Shown piece after piece: positions 24,527 through 32,000 of a DNA stretch of 32,000 nt. Origin of the DNA: Megasphaera elsdenii DSM 20460 (GTDB lineage Bacteria; Bacillota; Negativicutes; Veillonellales; Megasphaeraceae); the NCBI RefSeq assembly GCF_003010495.1, contig NZ_CP027570.1:660001-692000 (forward strand), read 5' to 3'. The notes under the pieces were generated by a model that did no database searches, was not told the origin of the DNA, and saw only the letters and a program-made list of their open reading frames with translations. Made by a program: the position numbers and the translations under genes. Within the stretch, counting starts at the first letter, position 1. Each line of letters opens with the position of its first letter.

Positions 24527-25708
24527 CTATGTATCTTTTTCATGGGACATTTCCCAGAGAAATCCCTTCATGATGGCCGTCCGGCCAAAGCGCTTCTGCA
24601 GCTTGTCGATGGCCTCTGTCACTTTGGCCTTCGTCTCTTCGTCTTCCGAGAACAAATCGCCCTGCACCTGATAGGCCTGGAGCTGGCTGACCGTCAGTCC
24701 CAGGAGGCGGATGGGTTCATGGCCTTTGCTCTTATTATACAATCTTTTTGCCGAAAAATATAATTGTTCTTCTGAACAAGTTCCCATGCTCTGCAACGTC
24801 AAAGACCTGGTAATGGTCTTGAATGAGGCATAGCGTATCTTGATAGTGATGGTCCGTCCCATGAGCCGGTTCTGCCGGAGCCGCCAGGACACTTCATTGG
24901 CCAGGAGTCGGAACTGTTCATCCACTTCGGCCTCCTGTGTCAGATCGTGGCTGTACGTATGCTCATTGCCGACGGACTGAGGCCGCCGCCGCACTTCCAG
25001 CGGCCGGTTATCCTGCCCCTGGGCCAGGCAGTAAATCCGCCGGGCCTGATTGCCGACGACAGGCTGGAGTACTTCGGGACTGGCTGCCGCAATATCACCG
25101 ATGGTATGGTAGCCCGCTTTTTGCAAGGCTTCGGCTGTTACCTTGCCGACACCCCACAGGCGGCTCAGCGGCAGGGGCGCCAATATCTGACGTTCCGTCC
25201 CATAGGGGATCCAGACCAGGCCATCCGGTTTGCGAAGGTCCGACGCCAATTTGGCCAGGAACTTATTGGGCGCAATGCCGGCCGAGGCGACAAGGCCCGT
25301 CGTCCGCCGTATCTCTTCCTTGACGGCCTTGCCTATGTCGACGATATCCGGATAATGGCGTTCCATCCCGGAGACATCGAGGAAAGCCTCATCTAAGGCC
25401 AGTGGTTCGATAAACGGCGAGTAGTGGGACAAGATCAGGCGTATCTGGTGGGAAATGCGCCGGTAATGGGACATGCGCACGGGCAGGAAGACGCCGTTGG
25501 GACAGAGACGGCGGGCCAGTTTCATGCTCATGGCCGAATGGACACCGCAAGCCCTCGCCTCATAAGAGGCCGTCGCGACGACGCCCCGTTCCATGAGACC
25601 GCCGACAATGACCGGCAGCCCCTTCAGGGCCGGGTTATCCCGTTGTTCTACAGACGCATAAAACGCATCCATATCGACATGCATGATCCATCGCCGTGCC
25701 ATAGCCAT
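24527..25708 (-). CDS. dinB: DNA polymerase IV (Y-family)
   Basis: IMHVDMDAFYASVEQRDNPALKGLPVIVGG, LALDEAFLDVSG and RLWGVGKVTAEAL motifs. A GGAGGAGGG RBS is present. The start may be the first or second ATG (25708 or 25702). Confidence 0.9.
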   Translation of the reverse strand: MAMARRWIMHVDMDAFYASVEQRDNPALKGLPVIVGGLMERGVVATASYEARACGVHSAMSMKLARRLCPNGVFLPVRMSHYRRISHQIRLILSHYSPFIEPLALDEAFLDVSGMERHYPDIVDIGKAVKEEIRRTTGLVASAGIAPNKFLAKLASDLRKPDGLVWIPYGTERQILAPLPLSRLWGVGKVTAEALQKAGYHTIGDIAAASPEVLQPVVGNQARRIYCLAQGQDNRPLEVRRRPQSVGNEHTYSHDLTQEAEVDEQFRLLANEVSWRLRQNRLMGRTITIKIRYASFKTITRSLTLQSMGTCSEEQLYFSAKRLYNKSKGHEPIRLLGLTVSQLQAYQVQGDLFSEDEETKAKVTEAIDKLQKRFGRTAIMKGFLWEMSHEKDT

Positions 25709-25784
25709 CCCTCCTCCATTCTATACTATATTATACAACGATTGCCGTCCCTAAATATAGGGGCTTGTGTCATTTCATACAAAA

Positions 25785-25798
25785 TATTGTTAACAATA
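25785..25798. promoter_or_regulatory. perfect 14-bp palindrome TATTGTTAACAATA in the dinB / lysR divergent region
   Basis: TATTGTT/AACAATA was read directly. It is a possible operator; no GAAC-N4-GTTC LexA-type box is present in 25709-25932. Confidence 0.3.
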
Positions 25799-25932
25799 CA
25801 TCCATGCGCTGAAACACAAATTGCTATAAAACGGCTTAGTAGTGCCGCTTACAAAGAAGTGTACACCATTGGATTTTCATGCCATAATATGGTAAACTAT
25901 AAGAATACTAAAGAGAGGTGAAATATCACATT

Positions 25933-26874
25933 ATGGATTTATTCCAATTGACATACTTCATCGAAGTCGCTCATAAAAAAAGCTTCACCAAAGCTTCTAA
26001 ATCACTGCATATCAGCCAGCCATCGATCAGCAAGGGAATCAAGGCCCTGGAAGAACACTGGGGCGTCCAGCTCTTCGACCGCAAGGGAAAAAATGTAGAG
26101 CTCACGGAAACGGGGTCCTATTTGCTCCCCAAAATCGAAGAGCTCATCAAGGGATTCACCCAGCTGAACGAAGAAATGGAATCGCCCCAGCTGCTCAATG
26201 CCGGCAAATTATCCGTCGGCGTACCACCTATGATCGGGTCATCGGTCATCGCACCGTTCATCGCCCATTTCATCAATAAATATCCTAAAATCGAGCTGGA
26301 AATGAAAGAAGTCGGTTCTCAGGACGTCGTATCCGCCATCGACGACGGCCTCATCCAGGTCGGTTTCGTCGCCCTGCCGATTACGACGGAAATACCGTAT
26401 GAATTTTTCATTTTCCATGAAGAACCTCTCGACGTCGTTCTCTGGCCGGATCATCCCCTGGCCTCTCGGCCGTCGCTGACCTTGTCGGACATCAAAGATG
26501 AAACCTTCGTCTTCTATCCGAATGGCTTCTCCCTGAATCCCTACCTGCGCTCGGCTTTCCAGGAAATCATGGCCCATCCGAAGATTGTCTGCCGTTCCAG
26601 TAACTGGGACTTCCTGGCTCAGATGGTCGCCGGCCGCCTGGGCATTTCCCTGATGCCGCACACCATCTGTCAACGGATTTCACCGGACCTTGCCGTTTCC
26701 GTCCCCCTCGTCCAGCCCCATCTCTATTGGACCCTGGCCCTGATATGGAAAAGCAAGGGCTATTTATCGCACCCATCGCGGACATGGGTACAGTCGTTCA
26801 AAGATTATTTCAAGGATGCCAATGCGGCCATCCAGAGTGCCGCCTCCGAACATCCTTACCTTTCAGAGGAGTAG
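25933..26874 (+). CDS. LysR-family transcriptional regulator
   Basis: MDLFQLTYFIEVAHKKSFTKASKSLHISQPSISKGIKALEE HTH plus a LysR substrate-binding-like C-terminal domain. ATG 25933 is preferred over the tracked 25918. Confidence 0.85.
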   Translation: MDLFQLTYFIEVAHKKSFTKASKSLHISQPSISKGIKALEEHWGVQLFDRKGKNVELTETGSYLLPKIEELIKGFTQLNEEMESPQLLNAGKLSVGVPPMIGSSVIAPFIAHFINKYPKIELEMKEVGSQDVVSAIDDGLIQVGFVALPITTEIPYEFFIFHEEPLDVVLWPDHPLASRPSLTLSDIKDETFVFYPNGFSLNPYLRSAFQEIMAHPKIVCRSSNWDFLAQMVAGRLGISLMPHTICQRISPDLAVSVPLVQPHLYWTLALIWKSKGYLSHPSRTWVQSFKDYFKDANAAIQSAASEHPYLSEE

Positions 26875-26880
26875 ATCACG

Positions 26881-27654
26881 ATGTCTAAATCATTGCTATC
26901 GGCAGCAGAAAAAAACGAAATTTTTTCACATCAGCGCGATAACGGTCCCTTCAGCGCCCTGGCCCTGGAAACGGCCTGCCTGAACTACCTGGACCGGTTG
27001 AACCGCATCTTCCGCGATCCCCTGGCAGCTGCAGCGGACCGCCGGGCAGCCCTCAAAAAGGGGATGGCCCTGGAACAAAAGCTTTTCGACTATATCCGCC
27101 ACGAAACGCCGATCAGCTATTTTGACAGCGATTTCCGCAATCAGACGAAACAATATATCCGCATGCGGGAAATCTACGTCGACGCCGTGAATTTCACCTT
27201 CAAGCGCCATCGCTTCCGCTTCGTCCTGGACTTATTGCGCCTGTACAGCGAAGACCCGTGCCAGATCCTGCCGGAACGGGATATCTTCAAGGAAAAATGG
27301 GAACAGGTCCTGCTCTACGACTACCTGCTCCTCGACATGGGCCAGAAGAACACCGAGGACATCGGCCGCGAAGCCGTATCCAACGGATATCATGAATGTG
27401 ACTATACCCTGGAAATCGAAGAAGTGTGGAAACAGCCCATGAAAGCCGTTCCCCGCTCCCATTTCCGTTACGTCAAAGCGGCCCTGCCCTACAGTCAGGG
27501 CGCCCGGGCCATCACCACGTGGATGAAAGACCATGCTAACGACCTTGCCCCGGCCCTGTGGGTCGTCGATACGAAGGCCATCGAAGCCTTGAGAAAGGGC
27601 CCGGACCTCATCGTCACCGACGAAGATATCGCGATTATTGAAAAAACGTTTTGA
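26881..27654 (+). CDS. hypothetical protein (257 aa), no recognisable domain
   Basis: GAGGAG lies 9 nt before the ATG and there is a 6-nt gap after lysR. Codon usage matches host genes. No motif was recognised. Confidence 0.55.
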   Translation: MSKSLLSAAEKNEIFSHQRDNGPFSALALETACLNYLDRLNRIFRDPLAAAADRRAALKKGMALEQKLFDYIRHETPISYFDSDFRNQTKQYIRMREIYVDAVNFTFKRHRFRFVLDLLRLYSEDPCQILPERDIFKEKWEQVLLYDYLLLDMGQKNTEDIGREAVSNGYHECDYTLEIEEVWKQPMKAVPRSHFRYVKAALPYSQGARAITTWMKDHANDLAPALWVVDTKAIEALRKGPDLIVTDEDIAIIEKTF

Positions 27655-27690
27655 AAAAAAGGGCTTGTCGTCGTGCGACAAGCCCTTTTT
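27654..27690. terminator. 35-nt terminator hairpin, copy C (exact reverse complement of copies A and B)
   Basis: AAAAAAA GGGCTTGTCG TCGTG CGACAAGCCC TTTTT. The loop TCGTG is the reverse complement of CACGA. It lies between convergent genes. Confidence 0.75.
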
Positions 27691-27712
27691 ATCGCAGGGA
27701 TGCGTCCTCGCC

Positions 27713-28648
27713 TTACATGACGCGTTTGGCACCGATGTAGCGGGCAGACCAGTAGTTGCTGTCCATATCGGAGATGCTGACGCCATCACTGGCGGCATTG
27801 ATGAACTGGTGGTTGCCGATATAGATGCCGACGTGGGAAATTCCCGATTCATAAGTAGAGAAGAAGACCAGGTCGCCAGGCTGTAAATTGGCCATGGAAA
27901 CGGAATAACCTACGCCATACTGTTCATCGGCGCCGCGCGGCAAGTCAATACCGGCCGCCGAATAGACGTAACGCGTAAAGCCCGAGCAGTCAAAGCCGGA
28001 TGGCGTAGAACCACCAAAGACGTAAGGTACACCGATATATTGGTTGGCAATATCGAGAATATGCGTCGCTTCCGGGCTTTCGACCCGGGATACCCCGTTA
28101 TAACCGCCACTGCCGAAACGGCGGATCGGTCCGGTCGGCAAGGACTGCCCCGTCAGGGAATAGAACGTCTCTTGACCGACGATGCCGTCTGGTTCCAGTC
28201 CATGGTCCACCTGATAAGAGCGGATAGCCCGTTCCGTACCGGGTCCAAAAGCCCCGTCTACGGCAACGTCATAGCCATTGTTAGCCAAAGCCTGCTGGAC
28301 GAGCGTGATTTCATTTTGCGACGTCGCTGCCGGCATCGCTGCCGAAGCGCCGGCCTGGACCGTATGGTTTTCCGGCATCGCTTCTCCCATCAAGGCTTCG
28401 TATGTCGCAGCTCCGACGATGCCATCTGCTTCCAATCCCTGTGCTTCCTGGAATTGGCGGACTGCAGCCTGCGTCGAAGCGCCGTAATCGCCATCGACGG
28501 AAATATCATAGCCATAATTGGCTAAGGCCTGCTGAATCGTCGTGATTTGATTTCCCTTGTCACCGGGATGAAAAGTAGCACCGGCAAAAGATATAGAAGT
28601 CATCAGACACAAGCCCAGCATAACAGCTATCTTCTTTGTCGTATCCAT
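27713..28648 (-). CDS. secreted NlpC/P60 (C40) peptidoglycan endopeptidase with two PG_binding_1 repeats
   Basis: Signal peptide, two repeats (QQALANxGYD..VDG.FG..T..A+R.+Q...GLE.DGIVG), catalytic FDCSGFTRYVY and ISHVGIYIGNHQFINA. Confidence 0.85.
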   Translation of the reverse strand: MDTTKKIAVMLGLCLMTSISFAGATFHPGDKGNQITTIQQALANYGYDISVDGDYGASTQAAVRQFQEAQGLEADGIVGAATYEALMGEAMPENHTVQAGASAAMPAATSQNEITLVQQALANNGYDVAVDGAFGPGTERAIRSYQVDHGLEPDGIVGQETFYSLTGQSLPTGPIRRFGSGGYNGVSRVESPEATHILDIANQYIGVPYVFGGSTPSGFDCSGFTRYVYSAAGIDLPRGADEQYGVGYSVSMANLQPGDLVFFSTYESGISHVGIYIGNHQFINAASDGVSISDMDSNYWSARYIGAKRVM

Positions 28649-28772
28649 GAAATACCCCTTTCACAAAATCGTAATATATTATTTTATTATATCATTTTTT
28701 CGACTGTATTTGTAGGGTATGGGGCCATTGTCATACAAAGGCTTCTGCCATCATACGAGATTTCTTTCACTC

Positions 28773-28809
28773 AAAAAGGCGCTGTCTTCATGCGACAGCG
28801 CCTTTTTTT
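28773..28809 (-). terminator. intrinsic terminator after the GGGtGRT gene
   Basis: GGCGCTGTC-TTCATGC-GACAGCGCC (28778-28802), flanked by A5 and T7. Confidence 0.7.
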
Positions 28810-28821
28810 ACATACGTAATA

Positions 28822-29832
28822 TTAGAATTTGCCAGCTTTAGCAGCGCCTTCTACGGCGACAGCTACGGCTACGGATGCACCAACCATGGGGTTGTTGCCC
28901 ATGCCGAGGAAGCCCATCATTTCTACGTGAGCCGGTACGGACGAAGAGCCAGCGAACTGAGCATCGCTGTGCATACGGCCCATGGTATCGGTCATGCCGT
29001 AAGAAGCAGGGCCGGCAGCCATATTATCCGGATGGAGTGTACGGCCTGTGCCGCCGCCGGATGCAACGGAGAAGTATTTCTTGCCCATTTCGATGCATTC
29101 TTTCTTATATGTACCTGCAACGGGGTGCTGGAAACGGGTCGGGTTGGTGGAGTTCCCCGTAATGGAAACGTCGACGCCTTCGTGGTGCATGATAGCGACG
29201 CCTTCGCGGACATCGTCGGCACCGAAGCAGCGAACGTTAGCCCGTTCGCTCTTGGAGTAGGGGATTTCACGGACAATGTTCAATTCGCCCGTTTTGTAAT
29301 CGAACTGGGTCTGAACATAGGTGAAGCCGTTGATACGGGAAATGATCTGGGCAGCGTCTTTGCCGAGACCATTGAGGATGACGCGGAGAGGCACTTTACG
29401 AGCCTTGTTGGCATTGCGGACGATGCCGATAGCGCCTTCAGCAGCGGCGAAGGATTCGTGACCTGCCAGGAAGCAGAAGCATTTCGTTTCGTCCTGCAAG
29501 AGCATAGCTGCCAGGTTGCCGTGGCCGCGGCCGACTTTGCGGTCTTCAGCGACGGAGCCGGGAATGCAGAAGGACTGGAGGCCGATGCCGATGGCTTTAG
29601 CCGCTTCTACAGCCGTCCGTGCATTGGTCTTGATAGCGATGGCAGCGCCAACGGTGTAGGCCCAGCCAGCATTTTCAAATGCAATCGGCTGTACGTCTTT
29701 GACGATTTTATAGGGATCCAGGCCGGCAGCTGCACAGATATCGCGACATTCTTCAACGCTGCCGATACCGTATTCTTTCAGTACGCCGAGGATCTTATCA
29801 ATTCTTCTGTCGTAGCTTTCAAATAATTCCAT
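28822..29832 (-). CDS. GGGtGRT family protein (unknown function)
   Basis: Contains the eponymous motif FSVASGGGTGRTLHPDNMAAGPASYGMTD. At 336 aa it matches the family size as I recall it. Confidence 0.8.
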   Translation of the reverse strand: MELFESYDRRIDKILGVLKEYGIGSVEECRDICAAAGLDPYKIVKDVQPIAFENAGWAYTVGAAIAIKTNARTAVEAAKAIGIGLQSFCIPGSVAEDRKVGRGHGNLAAMLLQDETKCFCFLAGHESFAAAEGAIGIVRNANKARKVPLRVILNGLGKDAAQIISRINGFTYVQTQFDYKTGELNIVREIPYSKSERANVRCFGADDVREGVAIMHHEGVDVSITGNSTNPTRFQHPVAGTYKKECIEMGKKYFSVASGGGTGRTLHPDNMAAGPASYGMTDTMGRMHSDAQFAGSSSVPAHVEMMGFLGMGNNPMVGASVAVAVAVEGAAKAGKF

Positions 29833-29844
29833 GGTTTTGCCCTC

Positions 29845-30537
29845 CTATTGCTGTCTCGGATCGATATACGAAGCTGCTTCTTCAAAGCGGCCATAGTGGC
29901 CTTTTGCGTCTTCCATAGCTTTGGCCGGTTCGACGCCCTTCTTGATGGCTTCCATCATTTTGCCGAGGTGGATGAATTCATAGCCGATGACCTGGTTATC
30001 TTCATCGAGTGCCATGCGGGTAACATAGCCTTCGGTCATTTCCAGATACCGCGTGCCTTTCGCTTTCGTACCGAACATGGTACCGGTCTGGCTGCGCAGG
30101 CCTTTGCCGAGGTCGTCCAGGCTGGCGCCGATGGGGAGGCCGCCTTCGGAGAAGGCTGTCTGGGTACGGCCGTATACAATCTGGAGGAAGAGCTGGCGCA
30201 TAGCCACGTTGATAGCATCGCAGACCAAGTCTGTATTGAGGGCTTCAAGAAGCGTTTTGCCCGGAAGGATTTCCGAAGCCATAGCAGCAGAATGAGTCAT
30301 GCCGGAACAGCCGATGGTTTCAACGAGGGCTTCTTCAATGATGCCGTCTTTGACATTGAGTGTCAATTTGCAGGCACCCTGCTGCGGAGCACACCAGCCT
30401 ACGCCATGGGTCAAGCCGCTGACATCTTTGATTTCCTTTACCTGTACCCATTCGCCTTCTTCCGGAATCGGGGCCGGTCCGTGATATGCGCCTTTCGTGA
30501 CGGGACACATATTCTTAACTTCTGTTGAATATAACAT
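29845..30537 (-). CDS. NifU/IscU-N-terminal-like putative Fe-S scaffold protein
   Basis: IscU-like core GVGWCAPQQGACKLTLNVKDGIIEEALVETIGCSGMTHSAAMASEILPGKTLLEAL with three candidate ligand Cys, plus a ~100-aa C-terminal extension. It lies 12 nt upstream of the GGGtGRT gene. Confidence 0.65.
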   Translation of the reverse strand: MLYSTEVKNMCPVTKGAYHGPAPIPEEGEWVQVKEIKDVSGLTHGVGWCAPQQGACKLTLNVKDGIIEEALVETIGCSGMTHSAAMASEILPGKTLLEALNTDLVCDAINVAMRQLFLQIVYGRTQTAFSEGGLPIGASLDDLGKGLRSQTGTMFGTKAKGTRYLEMTEGYVTRMALDEDNQVIGYEFIHLGKMMEAIKKGVEPAKAMEDAKGHYGRFEEAASYIDPRQQ

Positions 30538-30591
30538 GTTCTCTTCACCCTTTCAAAATGTATGAGAAATAAAAAGCAGCACGTATAAGAC

Positions 30592-31461
30592 TCAGTCCTT
30601 CAACTGGTCGTATATCTGTGTGAATAAAGCGCGATACATGCTGCCTTTGCGCCACAAGAATGAAAATGCGTGCATGACGGAGAAATCCTTGACGACGATG
30701 CGTCGCAGCGTCCCGTCTGCCAGTTCTTTCTGAACTGATGTTTCATATAAAAATGCAATACCGCAGTCACGGCAGGCCAGTCCTTTGACGGCCGACAGGC
30801 TGCCCACTTCATAGCGGGCCGGGAAATGGTCCAGTGTGTAGCCCTGTTCTGCCAGCTTATGTTCCAAGATCCGGCGGGCGCCGGCATGGCGTTCGCGGAC
30901 GATGATCCGATAGCGCATGAGTTCTGACAGCGTCATTTCTTCCGGAGCTTCATAGCCCGTACCGCAGACAGCGACAATCGGTTCATTAGAAAATAAGAGC
31001 GATTCATAGCGTCCCTGGTCAAAAGAACTTTCGACAATGGCAAAATCAATGGCGCCATCGTCCAGGGACTGGAGCAGCTTTTCCGCATCCGCAATTTCCA
31101 TGCGAAGATTCATATCGTCATTATGCTTGAGCAAGTCAGCCAATTTATCGAGAATCCCCACGCCAGCTGTCGGCGTCGCCCCAAAGGTCAGGGAGCGATT
31201 GTGCTGCAGGTCGCGAAGATGCTCTTTTAAGATGGCATCGTCATGACTGATGGCAGTCACGGCATTCCAAAGGATGTGCCCAGCCTGGGTCAATTGCAGA
31301 TGTTTTCCCTTATAACTGAAAAGCTTGGTCCCGTATTCGCGTTCCAAGTAGCGAATATGCTGAGAAACGGCAGGCTGTGTGATGTGAAGTTCCGCAGCAG
31401 CCCGGGTATAATTCATGTGACGGCAAACGCACAAAAATGTATGGATACGAAAATCTAACAT
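30592..31461 (-). CDS. LysR-family transcriptional regulator
   Basis: MLDFRIHTFLCVCRHMNYTRAAAELHITQPAVSQHIRYLEREYG HTH. ATG 31461 is preferred over the tracked 31491. It has the same orientation as the NifU-like gene and sits 54 nt upstream of it. Confidence 0.85.
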   Translation of the reverse strand: MLDFRIHTFLCVCRHMNYTRAAAELHITQPAVSQHIRYLEREYGTKLFSYKGKHLQLTQAGHILWNAVTAISHDDAILKEHLRDLQHNRSLTFGATPTAGVGILDKLADLLKHNDDMNLRMEIADAEKLLQSLDDGAIDFAIVESSFDQGRYESLLFSNEPIVAVCGTGYEAPEEMTLSELMRYRIIVRERHAGARRILEHKLAEQGYTLDHFPARYEVGSLSAVKGLACRDCGIAFLYETSVQKELADGTLRRIVVKDFSVMHAFSFLWRKGSMYRALFTQIYDQLKD

Positions 31462-31652
31462 AGCACCCTTCCCTTTCTTTGCGTTTTCCATAAGATAATT
31501 TTATGATATTTCAAAATTTTTATCAAGAAAAAAGTGGGCATTTTTCGTATACGTATGGGACGTCTTTGCTCCCAGTATAGTTTTACCCCTGCCTTCATGA
31601 TATAATAGGACAAACGATTAACCTATTTTACGATAAGGAAGGATGGATTCTC

Positions 31653-32000
31653 ATGAAAAAAATGACGACGCTCTGTGCGTCCCTGCTCCTGGCCCTGGGC
31701 TGCCTGACAGCCAACGCCATGGATTCCCAGACCCTGGTCAGCAACCCCGGCCGTTACCGCGTCATCAGCACCAGTCCGGACGGCATCGCCTATGCCGATA
31801 TGGATTCCCTCCGGGCCATGCAGACCATGGACTATCCCAACAGCATCGAAAACATGAGCTTTACGTTGTATGTCGAAAAATATGCCGGCATCCGCGATGA
31901 CCTAATCTTCCAGCTTGGCCAGGAAATCCACCAAATCAACGAATACAAAGCGGCCCTGCACGCCAACAAGCGCGAGGGGACATATGACTTGAACGCTGAC
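31653..32000 (+). CDS. secreted or lipoprotein-like hypothetical protein, 3'-truncated by the window end
   Basis: This ORF is not in the supplied track. ATG 31653 follows an AAGGAAGGA RBS, has the signal peptide MKKMTTLCASLLLALGCLTANA, uses host-like GC3 codons, and is open for 116 codons to position 32000. The tracked 31643..31900 ORF is an off-frame Pro/Arg-rich shadow. Confidence 0.6.
   Translation, partial: MKKMTTLCASLLLALGCLTANAMDSQTLVSNPGRYRVISTSPDGIAYADMDSLRAMQTMDYPNSIENMSFTLYVEKYAGIRDDLIFQLGQEIHQINEYKAALHANKREGTYDLNAD

Noticed and set aside
25709-25932. LexA/Cheo SOS box upstream of dinB
   Set aside because: No GAAC or GTTC half-site occurs anywhere in the interval. Only the TATTGTTAACAATA palindrome was found, and it does not match the Gram-positive LexA consensus.
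28649-28772. Riboswitch (for example c-di-AMP/ydaO-type) in front of the NlpC/P60 hydrolase gene
   Set aside because: The leader after the TG-extended TATAAT is only ~40 nt and AT-rich. It is far too short and lacks the conserved GC-rich helices of that class.
28927-30528. Long plus-strand ORFs (299 aa and 226 aa) opposite the GGGtGRT and NifU-like genes
   Set aside because: These are the same shadow-ORF phenomenon. They have low-complexity Ala/Asp/Gly/Phe composition and no RBS, while the minus-strand frames carry family motifs and proper RBSs.
31643-31900. Tracked 85-aa ORF
   Set aside because: It is off-frame relative to the signal-peptide-bearing ORF starting at 31653, and its Pro/Arg/His-rich product is typical of a wrong frame.

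Overview
This is a chromosomal window, most likely from an anaerobic Firmicute: it has strong AGGAGG-type ribosome-binding sites and TG-extended -10 promoters. The taxon cannot be fixed without a database search. The window has two parts. (i) A low-GC island with A/T-ending codons at 1-8.3 kb carries a tightly packed operon: MBL hydrolase, LuxE-type acyl-protein synthetase, LuxC-type reductase, AMP-binding enzyme and sigma-54. It is followed by a PAS/AAA+ sigma-54 activator and an FMN-dependent alpha-hydroxy-acid-oxidase-family enzyme. (ii) The higher-GC remainder holds core genes: an SDR, a decayed AAA-ATPase/PD-(D/E)XK gene, and a cyuP/cyuA-like cysteine (or serine) catabolic pair with a YheO-type regulator and RidA. 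It also holds a solo TnpB (IS200/IS605-type) element, DUF134-Mrp, alkaline phosphatase, ROK kinase, NagZ-NagA and DinB. The last part carries two LysR regulators, an NlpC/P60 hydrolase and a LysR / NifU-like / GGGtGRT module of unknown function. Non-coding highlights are a ~390-bp cluster of at least 10 DnaA boxes (4 perfect) with no dnaA nearby and a 35-nt terminator hairpin in three identical copies. There are also heptamer-periodic composite repeats, a perfect (GCCACTA)x7 array, and a two-hairpin repeat module with compensatory stem changes. No rRNA, tRNA or CRISPR array was seen. The best candidates for undescribed biology are the sigma-54-wired LuxCE-like island, the GGGtGRT/NifU-like pair, the orphan DnaA-box cluster and the intergenic repeat family. 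All family calls come from motif recognition by eye, not from searches.
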